Positions 8,901-16,120 of a DNA stretch of 36,179 nt are shown here, piece after piece. The DNA lies in IMG/VR virus record IMGVR_UViG_3300014862_000004, positions 1 through 36,179 of that record; one strand, 5' to 3'. Each line of letters starts with the position of its first letter. The first letter of the stretch is position 1. The DNA comes from a virus (Duplodnaviria; Caudoviricetes). Below the pieces are notes generated by a model. That model did not search any database. It was not told where the DNA came from and saw nothing but the letters and a program-made list of their open reading frames with translations. Both the position numbers and the translations under genes were made by a program.

Positions 8901-9456
8901 CAATGACGACCTTCGCGGTCTTAGCCCGGACGAGATCGACAAGAAGTGGCACGGCTTCGTCACTCGACAACAGATCGAGGATTCCCGGGCCGACGTGGTC
9001 AGCATCGACGAGATATTCGATCATTCGCGGCTGGTCGATGACGTCGTGCTCTGGCGCGGGAGCGGAACGGGGCGCTCCATCCTGGGCGATCCCGCGACGT
9101 GGGGTGACGACCTGAGCGGTTTCACGTGGCGTGACGAGGCCTACCTGTCTGCGACCGCGAGCGAGGCCGTCGCCGCCGACTTCATCCGTGGCCTACCTGG
9201 TCAATCACGACTCATGCTGCGACTGCTGGTACCTAAGGGGTCCAAGGCGATCAAACTCTCCGACCTCGGCCAACGCGGGGGGGATGAGGCCGAAATGCTG
9301 CTCGGTAGAGGCGCGACGTTCCGGGTGGTCCGCGACCGGGGCTGGAGTTCGATCACGTCGCCGATGGGCGTGACGATGCCCCGCGTGCGCACTCTGGACG
9401 TCGAGGTCGTCGTCCCCGACGAGACGCCGCCGTTGCCGTGGGATGTCGCCAAGTGA
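2986..9456 (+). CDS. giant MuF-like minor head protein with metallopeptidase, three ADP-ribosyltransferase-like, kinase-like, Rho_N-like and GrpE-like domains
   Basis: MuF motifs RTSVIEASNAG, KSWQATNDRRTRPAH, YRCRCT; HEMAH...SGYATKNMEELIAE; LYRG...GYDA...EEWVIFNR; LYRGL...SSTS...EVLLPRG; DVLIGNSDR..NW...YDLGGAF; LWRG...LSAT...EAEMLLGRG; located directly after the portal. Confidence 0.85.
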   Translation: MRRVTGLPDDQVVAWESKFEAQVVASLQAVMDKIASRIEKIQVASGLSTVERVERVVTGRTLLGHNDSCSPDRPQWTLVAVATTGPTGDDDPPPMTGELAIPEPTPLPAVLPETPGLPPGQPYISPDDLASIAPLWQQAVAEQVLPLVAQVFIDSAGHVRSQFLEAVAPGVQLGLPGLGSVAAEAYLAQARNTYEQVGDHLWATARAQLSEGFDAGESIPQLAARLRQSAGLSARTAVMVARTSVIEASNAGSMAMARVSGITGMRKSWQATNDRRTRPAHLDAEARYEADPIPLNEPFIVGGYPADYPAADTLPPSMRYRCRCTTLYLMPDQQPAAQPQLPGTSAPPAITRTKDLEPGEEGPLTVLYPKTPGEPGFDLADFPEPPPVKVRSSLLRARTDRELIAAWQGEMRAITGRDIIVQLPPDASVLTMREHAEGVLQMLERFPEARLRKISWYDQGSPEYAHVKTGTATLEFNARWASTAQRRAYLAQLRHDVSGWDDAAGPGYGWSVRGGRMPQATSWHEMAHILSIETLGGKLKAEAMRITLRRQVADALPDMESIVRRDVSGYATKNMEELIAEAVTDVMANGPRASLLSRELYDMVAREYRAKGFAVRTVDIPEGEAGFESFTRIPEGEVFPKAPAPRQRRVPVAVGRDLTDDHDLAVRSEREAERERALPTDAMGRTQLPEGYQGDYAFQELAKAQGFNGLPRIVADDGQWQALLDADYVPLYRGHGWAGGDGVGQVDAFNYGERYVGGGFAPGNNMSTRYETALHYADGHSAAVGHYALPTNARVISYPDLVAERDAYIARLPAGGAGDVERSLYLTADENLGLGRFGVVRGYDAMVVPRGESLLTDRVEEWVIFNRTKLVAYDDSAKGVSAARAGGKVTPAKMTATERARREKDAAIVSARQVGHLTRELDQMIAEGGEEAFRSGALFRRIQAKGSELGTPPAIMREFIAAARPSEKGSSLAGLRAAMERANAQAGVTRIGTPGEVWRFDGRRDDPTGAVRDIAEGTPVVVLRPGSLIEYKGKLLQVAPPRVRPATPSEIVAAERATPPPPVAAVAPTSARLATMKIGELRALAKERGITVPAGTRKADLVRTLDEAPAPAPAPAPLDVSAAAQGGAALRASQSVQRVILQAANKRGPDGIRAREIQRFENAMYDRETGYAGSGFFRVNRGLQEAGDGPVPAEFAEQIADVDRVIRLGSLTDDAVLYRGLSAPERFLGRPLRPGDEFTEHGYSSTSVDEVHATDFARGRSAMDRPGERPENPTVLRLVAPRGQSAVQISDLTFPGVGEVLLPRGLSYRVLADRGVVDGVRQLDVELIPKARRTIPDVAGQIRAPAPVGSAALPARVVAARAELARIVEGPVVREPYSVGGASAKNRRTGYAGGDVIEKDYTRGTKAAGVRDADAEELGALVMDALDVPTQTVLRAGPQRVLVSVLEGEHPGDIGSLAPGAARRELADTDGGRLLGLGDVLIGNSDRRRNWVRLPDGRPASYDLGGAFRAPKLAAAADPEGLFAHHFATTAGKAWAPNDMAPADLALIRTRLEALRPEFERLKRGTWFNQMMARLAEIEKRATGTRSRLGESATEALSGESRAVTRQAVIDERRAVADSLGEVRELLANGASERALASRARLIAGRTTGAASKDLAGVVRAMESGDADRIRVALGDVAQRRGLTEVGPGGDVVPFDPKIHELVGGARRPPAGTFVQVQRPGYSVRLDDGEVVQLSKAKVDTLTVEEIAERTAVQERKALREAARERNRVIEAQRGTARLLAEVDELAAKGASKTAIRERLDPALREAGQAYAGADAAVVDTISAALDSGDTAKIRASVTRASTKAKIKPIGRAGAKTTFDPDTMEGVGGIDIAPGAKVTVVRRGSTVPGLTDPLAKAQVTPVAKLAPKPRRMTAAQFDRKLAAARSGREALDSAPIDAARGSRGENPPPIPGVTEAQQRALISYRGHGFGPINDDLRGLSPDEIDKKWHGFVTRQQIEDSRADVVSIDEIFDHSRLVDDVVLWRGSGTGRSILGDPATWGDDLSGFTWRDEAYLSATASEAVAADFIRGLPGQSRLMLRLLVPKGSKAIKLSDLGQRGGDEAEMLLGRGATFRVVRDRGWSSITSPMGVTMPRVRTLDVEVVVPDETPPLPWDVAK

Positions 9457-9471
9457 CGTATCATCAGGTTC

Positions 9472-9639
9472 ATGACGGCACCTGATCGGCAACGCGTCAC
9501 CCAGGAGAGCGAAGTCCTGCGCGACGCGGCCGCCCAGCGCCTCGGCGAGGCAGGGCCGGTTGTCGTGCTCCGCCGCTCCGACGAGCAGGTCGAGCGCGAG
9601 GTCGAGGAGATCGTCGCGCTCGAAGAGGCACCGCGATGA
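9472..9639 (+). CDS. 55-aa protein, candidate immunity or partner of the MuF effector
   Basis: ATG 7 nt after TATCAT (9459-9464); ATGA overlap with the next gene; MTAPDRQRVTQESEVLRDAAAQRLGEAG...EEAPR. Confidence 0.6.
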   Translation: MTAPDRQRVTQESEVLRDAAAQRLGEAGPVVVLRRSDEQVEREVEEIVALEEAPR

Positions 9640-10604
9640 GTGCTCGCAGCCAGGCTCAGTGCGTGCCGTCCTGCGCCCGCTACCGCTCCCCGTTCTCGCC
9701 CGAGGGGATGGCCGCCGGGCGCGAGGAGCCGTTCTGCGCGGCCTTCCCGGACGGTATCCCGGCCGACATCTGGGGCAACGAGTTCGATCATCGCCAGCCC
9801 CACGACGGTGACCACGGGCTGCGGTGGGAGAGCAATCAGGGGGCGGCCTTCCCCACCTACGCGTTCGCTCCTGGCATACTCGGCCAGGTGAGCGATGGGG
9901 AGTCTCTGACGGCGGCGGCGGACGTGCACGACGGGGCGATGGTCGCGCTGGTGCCGTCGCCGGACGATCTTGAGCGGCTTGCCGTAGCAGGCGGCGAGCC
10001 GCTCGACCAGCTCCACCTGACCCTGGTCTACCTCGGCGACGCGGTGGAGCTCGACGAGGCGACGTGGGCGCAACTGCTCGCCTGGGGCGAGGAGATGGCC
10101 GCGTCGTGGACCGGTCCGGTCGAGGGCGACGCGTTCGCCCCGGCCCTGTTCAACCCGACCGGCGACGAGCCGTGCGTGGTCATGCTGGTGTCCGGCGCCG
10201 ACCTGGCTGAGTTCCATGAGACCGTGCTGGCCGACGTCACCGACCTGGTCAGCCTCCCGGAGCAGCACCAGCCGTGGTACGGCCACGTGACCCAGGCCTA
10301 CCTGGAACCGGAAAGCATGATGACGGTCAAGCACCTGGCGGCATCGGCTACGTGTACCGGACCGGTCAAGTTTGACCGGTTGCGCCTGGCGATCGGTGGT
10401 GAGGTGACCGACCTCCGCATCGGCCCGACACCCAAGGAGACTCCGGCGGTCGAGCCCCCGGAGGCAGCGGTCGAGGAGGCTCCGGTTGAACTCCCCGTGC
10501 TCCCGGAGTCCTCGGCCGTCGCCAGCGCGCTCCGCGTTGAGTTCGACGGCTGCCTGCGGTGCTTCGGGCCGGCCCATGACGGGGACTGCCCTCCGGCGCT
10601 ATGA
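9636..10604 (+). CDS. Cys/His 'CxAFPxGIP' domain fused to a 2H phosphoesterase (2'-5' RNA ligase / Acb1-like fold)
   Basis: N-terminus C..SC...CAAFPDGIPADIW...DHRQPHDGDHGLRW; two HxT motifs (LHLTLVYLG, GHVTQAY). Confidence 0.75.
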   Translation: MSARSQAQCVPSCARYRSPFSPEGMAAGREEPFCAAFPDGIPADIWGNEFDHRQPHDGDHGLRWESNQGAAFPTYAFAPGILGQVSDGESLTAAADVHDGAMVALVPSPDDLERLAVAGGEPLDQLHLTLVYLGDAVELDEATWAQLLAWGEEMAASWTGPVEGDAFAPALFNPTGDEPCVVMLVSGADLAEFHETVLADVTDLVSLPEQHQPWYGHVTQAYLEPESMMTVKHLAASATCTGPVKFDRLRLAIGGEVTDLRIGPTPKETPAVEPPEAAVEEAPVELPVLPESSAVASALRVEFDGCLRCFGPAHDGDCPPAL

Positions 10605-10629
10605 TCACGCCCTAGAACGGGGGTGAGCC

Positions 10630-12279
10630 ATGCAGCCCGACCCGCAGGCCCTGGCCAGTGAGTTCGACCTGCCGACCGTCGACGTAACCCCGGACGCGCC
10701 CGAGGGCGACTCGGTGGAGCTGTTCGACGCCCCGGCCATGCTGCCCGGCACGCCCTGCTGGGGGGTGGCCTGCGTCGAAGGCCTGCCCGACGGGTCTGAC
10801 CCGAAGCGCATGTGGTCGCCCGGCAGCCTCGTCTTCGCGCCCACCCCGTTCCCGTTCAAGAGCCAGTTCCGCGAGGAGGAGGGCCACGAGGGGGCGGTCA
10901 TCACCGGCCGCGTGGACGCCATCTGGAGAGACGGTGCGCTGATCCGCTGGGTCGGGGTCATGGACTCGGCCGGCGAGCACGGCGCCGAGGCCGAGCGACT
11001 CATCGCCGGGGACTTCATGCGCGGCGTCTCGATCAAGGCGGACGATCTCACCGAGACCGACCTGGAGTACGTCTACGCCCCGCCGCCCGACCCGACTCTC
11101 GACGTCGAGGTCATGGGTGAGGACGAGCCGGACATGGAGGGCGACGTCGAGGGCGAGGCCGACTTCCACTACCCGGGCAAGCACAACCAGAAGGACCACG
11201 GCGGCCAGGGCCCGAAGCGCAAGAGCGTCATCAAGCCGAGAGCGGACAGCCCGGCCGCCCGGCGCATCCGCGAGAGTCACCAGGACCCGCGCACCCGCGC
11301 CGCCGTTCAGGGTGCCGTGGTCGCGGACGCGATGCCCCCAGGGATGGCGATGCCGGCCGCGCCGTCGATGGTCATCTACCACCACGGTCGGATCCGGTCG
11401 CTGACCATGGTGGCTGAGCCGGCCTGGGTCGAGTGCACCGTCTCGCTCGGACCGTCCCCATTCAGCCCGCCGGTGATCGCCGAGACGTCACCGCTGGCCG
11501 AGGTCGAGGCCATGGCCGGCGAGATGGTGCCGATGCCGGCGCCGATCGTGGCGGCCGGGTTCTCCATCGACATCCCCGAGCTCTGGCCGGAGTGGTGGTT
11601 CGACGAGCCGAGCGCGGCCGAGATGGCGATGGTGTCTTCGGGGGCCATCCAGATCACGCCGGAAGGCCGGGTCTGGGGACTGCTGGCGCCGGCCGGCGTC
11701 GACCACCGCGGGTTCCGGGGCAGCGCACGCAGCGTCCAGGTGCCGCGCGGCATCGACTACTCGGAGTGGCAGAACAAGGCGTGCATCGTGGCCGGCGGCG
11801 ACGGTGGTGTCTACAAGATCAACGCGGGTACGGTGACGTTCGGGTGCGGGCACGCCAGCCCCGCCGATCCCCGCCGTGCCGACCCGGCCTGGGCCTCGGC
11901 GCACTACGACAACTCGTGCTCGGTGGCCATGCGGGCCCGGGCGGGGGAGAATCGGTACGGCACCTGGTTCGCCGGGGGCCTGGCCCACGGGCTCACCGCG
12001 TCCAGCTTCGAGCAGATCATGGGCTGCGCGCTGTCCGGCGACTGGCAGGGCGGCAAGCTCAAGGCGGCCCTGCTCGTGCCGGTGGAAGGCTTCCCGACCG
12101 CGGTCACCGCCAGCGTGCGCGAGAAGATGGGCACGCTGGTCGCCTCGTCCGTCCCGATCCACTTCCAGGAGCCCGAGCCGGACCACTCGATGGACTGGGC
12201 GTTCGTGCTGGTCGCCAGCGCCCGCTTCGACGAGTTGGCCGACGAGCGGTTCGACGAGATCGCACGCGAGAGGGGGTGA
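10630..12279 (+). CDS. capsid maturation protease / scaffold fusion
   Basis: GHEGAVITGRVD, RGVSI and GRIRSLTMVAEPAW protease-like motifs; C-terminal ITPEGRVWG...GHA...HYDN...LSGDW domain as in cluster-B-like phages; sits before the capsid gene. Confidence 0.75.
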   Translation: MQPDPQALASEFDLPTVDVTPDAPEGDSVELFDAPAMLPGTPCWGVACVEGLPDGSDPKRMWSPGSLVFAPTPFPFKSQFREEEGHEGAVITGRVDAIWRDGALIRWVGVMDSAGEHGAEAERLIAGDFMRGVSIKADDLTETDLEYVYAPPPDPTLDVEVMGEDEPDMEGDVEGEADFHYPGKHNQKDHGGQGPKRKSVIKPRADSPAARRIRESHQDPRTRAAVQGAVVADAMPPGMAMPAAPSMVIYHHGRIRSLTMVAEPAWVECTVSLGPSPFSPPVIAETSPLAEVEAMAGEMVPMPAPIVAAGFSIDIPELWPEWWFDEPSAAEMAMVSSGAIQITPEGRVWGLLAPAGVDHRGFRGSARSVQVPRGIDYSEWQNKACIVAGGDGGVYKINAGTVTFGCGHASPADPRRADPAWASAHYDNSCSVAMRARAGENRYGTWFAGGLAHGLTASSFEQIMGCALSGDWQGGKLKAALLVPVEGFPTAVTASVREKMGTLVASSVPIHFQEPEPDHSMDWAFVLVASARFDELADERFDEIARERG

Positions 12280-12284
12280 GCCCG

Positions 12285-12380
12285 ATGGCATGTGGATGCG
12301 GCCAGGTACCCGTCACTCCTCCACCTCCGCCCGATCCGGTAGTGACCGGCATCGAAGGCGAGACCGGCGCCGCGCAGTAG
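12285..12380 (+). CDS. 31-aa MACGCG peptide
   Basis: GAGGGGGTGA RBS; MACGCGQVPVTPPPPP...; small MxCxCG genes between protease and capsid are typical of this phage type. Confidence 0.6.
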   Translation: MACGCGQVPVTPPPPPDPVVTGIEGETGAAQ

Positions 12381-12405
12381 TGCGGCCTGACCTCGTAGCC
12401 AATTT

Positions 12406-12435
12406 CGATCACGACCGTCTACGATGACGGCAACG
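12406..12435 (+). promoter_or_regulatory. putative late promoter motif (copy 2)
   Basis: CCGTCTACGATG at 12415-12426, with CGATC upstream and GCAACG downstream as in copy 1. Confidence 0.55.
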
Positions 12436-12500
12436 CGCGCGAACCTCGGATGCAGCTGAGGAGACCGACGAAAGTCTCCATCTGCATCCGAGGGGCATCC

Positions 12501-14336
12501 ATGCCGAAGAACTCCGCCACGGGCACCGGCGACCAGGGTGCCTCTTTCACGCTTCCCGACGACCTCGACACCCTGACCGCCGAGCAGCTCGGCGAGCACC
12601 TCGAAACCGTCAACACCCACCTGGACGGCCTGCTCGCCAAGCGCGACCCGGCCAGCCTGCCGGCCCTGGGCGAGCTGCGCACCGCGCGGCAGGCCATCAA
12701 GGCCCAGCAGGAGAAGGTCGCGGCCAAGCAGGCCGAGGTCGACGCCCAGTTCGACGAGATCGCGGCCGAGATGGCCGACCCGCCCGCCGAGGGCGACGGC
12801 GGCGAGGTACTCGAAGGCGAGGTCGTCGACCCGGTGCCCGCGCAGGCGGCCGCGCCGGCACCGGCCCCGCAACTCGTCACGGCCTCCGGCCGCACGCAGG
12901 GCGGCGCCGTCACCGCGCCGCGCGAACTCGGCGGCCTGGCCAGCCACGCCCGGCTCAACCCGAGCCTGTCCGGCGCACGGGCGCTCGCCCCGGCGCAGGA
13001 AGCCCCGGCCCCCCAGATGACCATCACGGCCGCCGCGCGGTCCGGGGCGGCCAAGCTGGACATGGGCGACCAGATCGCCTCCCTGCGTCAGCTCGGCGAC
13101 CTCGCCGAGGACCGGGCCCGCAACCTGGCCGACCAGGGTGGCTTCGCGCAGTCGTCCCCGGGCGGCACCGCGTTCCGGCACCAGGCGCGCAGGCACACCG
13201 ACCCGTACGGCGGGTCGATGATCGCCTCGATCCGCCAGCAGTTCGACACCGTGCTGCATGACCGGTCCTCGCAGGAGGCCGTCCAGGCCTACATCGACAA
13301 GCTCGGCGCGCAGCGTAGCGCCAGCGCGATGGAGTCCCTGGTCGCGGCCGGCGGCTGGTGCGCCCCGTCGCAGATCCGCTACGACTTCTTCAACATCGCC
13401 GCCCAGGAAGGCATGATCGACCTGCCGACCTTCGGCGTCGAGCGCGGCGGCATCAACTTCCCCGTGTCGCCCTCGCTGGCCGACACGTTCAGCCCGGCGC
13501 TGCCCTGGTACACCGCGTTCTCCAACGCGACCGTGCCGTGGCTCTGGACCGAGGGCGACGACATCCTCGCCGTCACCGGCTCGCCGACCAAGCCGTGCAT
13601 CCGGGTGCCCTGCTCGACGATGACCGACCGCCGGCTGGAGTGCTACGGCATCTGCCTCACCGCCGGCAACCTGGCCGACAACGCGTGGCCGGAGTCGACC
13701 GCCAACTTCATCAAGCTCCTGATGTCGGCCCACTACCACGCGTCCAACGCCCGCTACATCTCGACGATCGCCTCGTTCGCGACCGCGGTCGCCGGCTGTA
13801 CCGCGTCGGGCTCGGGGACGGCCGCGCCGATCCTCAACACGGCCGAGCTGTCCGGGTGGGACTACCGGGCCCGCTACGGCATGGGTCGCAGCGACGTCAT
13901 CGAGTGGGTCCTGCCGGAGTGGGTCCTGGGCGCCGTCCGGGCCGACCTGGGTAAGCGCACCGGCGTCGACTTCATGGACGTCTCCGACGAGATGATCGGG
14001 CGCTGGTTCGACGTGCGCAAGATCCGGGCGCAGTTCGTCCAGGACTACCAGGTGCGGGCGGCCGGCCAGCCCGGCGCGGCCACGCCGATCACCACGTACC
14101 CGTCCACGGTGCGCGGTCTCATGTACGCCGCCGGCACGGTGGCCCGCGGCAACGGCATGAGCCTGGACCTCGGCGTGGTGCGCGACTCGACGCTCAACGC
14201 GACGAACGACTTCACCGCGCTGTGGATGGAGGACTGCCACCTGATCGCCCAGTTCGGACACCAGGTGCGCGAGTACACCATCAACATCTGCCAGGACGGC
14301 ACCACCGGCGCCGCCGACCTGACCGCCTGCTGCTGA
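12501..14336 (+). CDS. major capsid (hexamer) protein with N-terminal scaffold-like region
   Basis: SLVAAGGWCAPSQIRYDFF, LPTFGVERGGINFP and LDLGVVRDSTLNATNDF motifs; N-terminal coiled coil; ATG 12501 follows GAGGGG. Confidence 0.85.
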   Translation: MPKNSATGTGDQGASFTLPDDLDTLTAEQLGEHLETVNTHLDGLLAKRDPASLPALGELRTARQAIKAQQEKVAAKQAEVDAQFDEIAAEMADPPAEGDGGEVLEGEVVDPVPAQAAAPAPAPQLVTASGRTQGGAVTAPRELGGLASHARLNPSLSGARALAPAQEAPAPQMTITAAARSGAAKLDMGDQIASLRQLGDLAEDRARNLADQGGFAQSSPGGTAFRHQARRHTDPYGGSMIASIRQQFDTVLHDRSSQEAVQAYIDKLGAQRSASAMESLVAAGGWCAPSQIRYDFFNIAAQEGMIDLPTFGVERGGINFPVSPSLADTFSPALPWYTAFSNATVPWLWTEGDDILAVTGSPTKPCIRVPCSTMTDRRLECYGICLTAGNLADNAWPESTANFIKLLMSAHYHASNARYISTIASFATAVAGCTASGSGTAAPILNTAELSGWDYRARYGMGRSDVIEWVLPEWVLGAVRADLGKRTGVDFMDVSDEMIGRWFDVRKIRAQFVQDYQVRAAGQPGAATPITTYPSTVRGLMYAAGTVARGNGMSLDLGVVRDSTLNATNDFTALWMEDCHLIAQFGHQVREYTINICQDGTTGAADLTACC

Positions 14337-14406
14337 TAGCAGTCTGATTCGCCGCGTGGGATCGAACACAGTGCGCAGTAGCAGCGACGAGAGGGGGTGA
14401 CGCGAG

Positions 14407-15342
14407 ATGGCCGGACCGAAGATGCTCGTGCCACCCCCCTCGTTCGACCCCCGCAACTTCGGGCTGCTGACCACCGTGCAGGCCCGCTACGACGAGCCCG
14501 ACCAGCACTGGCGCAACGGGGTCATCTGGCAGGACATCTGCGGTCTCGGCGGCAACACCTTCGACCCGTTCTGTCTGACCACCTCGTCCATCCCGGCGTC
14601 GGGCGCCCCTCCGGCCGTCAAGGTCGACAACATCGACTGGAACACCTACGGGGCCATCCCGTTCACGGTGTTCGCGAAGGTCGACTGTTCGCCGGTCGGC
14701 TACAGCATGGAGCAGCAGCGGGCCCGCGCCGTTGACGCTCTGACCCGCACCGAGGCCTACCAGGTCGAGAACGCGTTCTGGACCGGGACGGCCGGCGGCA
14801 GCGCCAACCAGGTGTACCCGCATCTGGCGGCCTCGGCCGCCGTGCAGGACACCACACTGCTGCCGGTGGTCAACCTGCAGTGCGCGGCGACCGCGGTCTC
14901 CGGCACCACCATCCTCGACGTCGTCGAGGCGCTCGGCCGCGTCGAGGCCGCCCTGGCCGCCTGCTACCAGGGCAAGGGCGTGATTCACGTCCCGGTCATT
15001 CTGGCCACGCAGCTGTTCCAGTGGAACCTGGTCAAGGTCGACGGGGCGCAGCTGCGCACGCAGACCGGCAACCTGGTGGCCATCGGCGGCGGTTACCCCG
15101 GGACGTCTCCGACCGGCGTGACCCCCAGCAACGCCGTGTGGATCTACGCTACCGGGCCGATCTTCGCCTACCGGACCGCGCCTGAGACGTTCATGTTCAA
15201 GGAGCAGTTCAACCGCACCGACAACACGCTCGAAACCATCGTCGAGCGGACGTACGTGCTCGGGTACAGCTGCTGCTGCCTGCCTGCCACCCCAGTCAGC
15301 GTCGGCGGCGACATCACCGGCCAGCCTCTCTCGGCGTTCTAG
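14407..15342 (+). CDS. second capsid protein (pentamer-type / minor capsid)
   Basis: PFTVFAKVDCS, VENAFWTG, GVIHVP, TGNLVAIGGGY, WIYATG and ERTYVLG motifs; directly after the major capsid gene, as in cluster-B-like phages. Confidence 0.65.
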   Translation: MAGPKMLVPPPSFDPRNFGLLTTVQARYDEPDQHWRNGVIWQDICGLGGNTFDPFCLTTSSIPASGAPPAVKVDNIDWNTYGAIPFTVFAKVDCSPVGYSMEQQRARAVDALTRTEAYQVENAFWTGTAGGSANQVYPHLAASAAVQDTTLLPVVNLQCAATAVSGTTILDVVEALGRVEAALAACYQGKGVIHVPVILATQLFQWNLVKVDGAQLRTQTGNLVAIGGGYPGTSPTGVTPSNAVWIYATGPIFAYRTAPETFMFKEQFNRTDNTLETIVERTYVLGYSCCCLPATPVSVGGDITGQPLSAF

Positions 15343-15351
15343 GAGCAGCCC

Positions 15352-16044
15352 ATGAGCAACGCGTTGATCTGCGCCAGCCCGATCGAGGGCCTGGTCCTGC
15401 GGATCACCAAGCTGAACGCCTGCGGTGTGCCGATCACCGGCACCGGCGGCGTCGCGACGCCGGACGCCGGGTCGGCGCAACTCGTCATGGACGGGTTCAC
15501 CGAGGTCACGCCGTCGCCGCAGTACGACACCGGCGACCGGGTCATCACCCGTAAGGCCAACGGGACACTGTGCCAGAACTTCAAGATCCCGGACCAGTAC
15601 ACCAACGACGAATTGACCATGAACTTCTGCGTCTGGAACCCCGGACTCATCCCGCTGACCATCGCGGGCCGGCTCCTGACCGCCACGCTGTCCCCGACCG
15701 GCTCCGGGTTCGCCCGGGGCACGTGGGCGAACATTACGGCCGCCCACTGGTCGCTCGAGGTATGGCAGGCTCCGCCGCAGGCGTGCGACTCGTCCGGCGT
15801 GGTCTACTACCCGTACCACGCGTGGCCGCACATCTCGGACGGGAAGATCGGCGACTTCAACATCAACCTGGACGCCAACATCCTGTCGATCATGGGCAAC
15901 ACGTACGACGCCAGCCCGCTGTGGACTGTCGGCAACACCTACCTGGGCGGGACGGGCCAGGTAGTTCTGGGCGACCACCACCTCTACAACCTGACCAACC
16001 AGGTCCCGCCACCCAGCGCGTGCTTCATCGCCGACTACCCGTGA
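15352..16044 (+). CDS. major tail (tube) protein
   Basis: LRITKLNACG, RKANGTLC and SLEVW motifs; AGGAG RBS; followed by a terminator-like hairpin. Confidence 0.75.
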   Translation: MSNALICASPIEGLVLRITKLNACGVPITGTGGVATPDAGSAQLVMDGFTEVTPSPQYDTGDRVITRKANGTLCQNFKIPDQYTNDELTMNFCVWNPGLIPLTIAGRLLTATLSPTGSGFARGTWANITAAHWSLEVWQAPPQACDSSGVVYYPYHAWPHISDGKIGDFNINLDANILSIMGNTYDASPLWTVGNTYLGGTGQVVLGDHHLYNLTNQVPPPSACFIADYP

Positions 16045-16056
16045 TCTAGAGTTGTC

Positions 16057-16101
16057 CTCAGGCCCGGCCAATACCCACGGGGGTGGCCGGGCCTGAGTTC
16101 T
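16057..16101 (+). terminator. intrinsic terminator-like hairpin
   Basis: 14-bp perfect stem CTCAGGCCCGGCCA / TGGCCGGGCCTGAG followed by TTCT. Confidence 0.65.
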
Positions 16102-16120
16102 GAGAGGGGGTCGAGCGTCG

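Noticed and set aside
2986-9456. Intein or missed stop codons explaining the size of the MuF gene
   Set aside because: No intein terminal motifs (C/S...HN-C/S/T) or homing endonuclease motifs noticed; the frame is continuous with Pro/Ala linkers between domains.
12450-12500. Longer N-terminus for the major capsid protein
   Set aside because: ATG 12450 has no RBS, whereas ATG 12501 follows GAGGGG.
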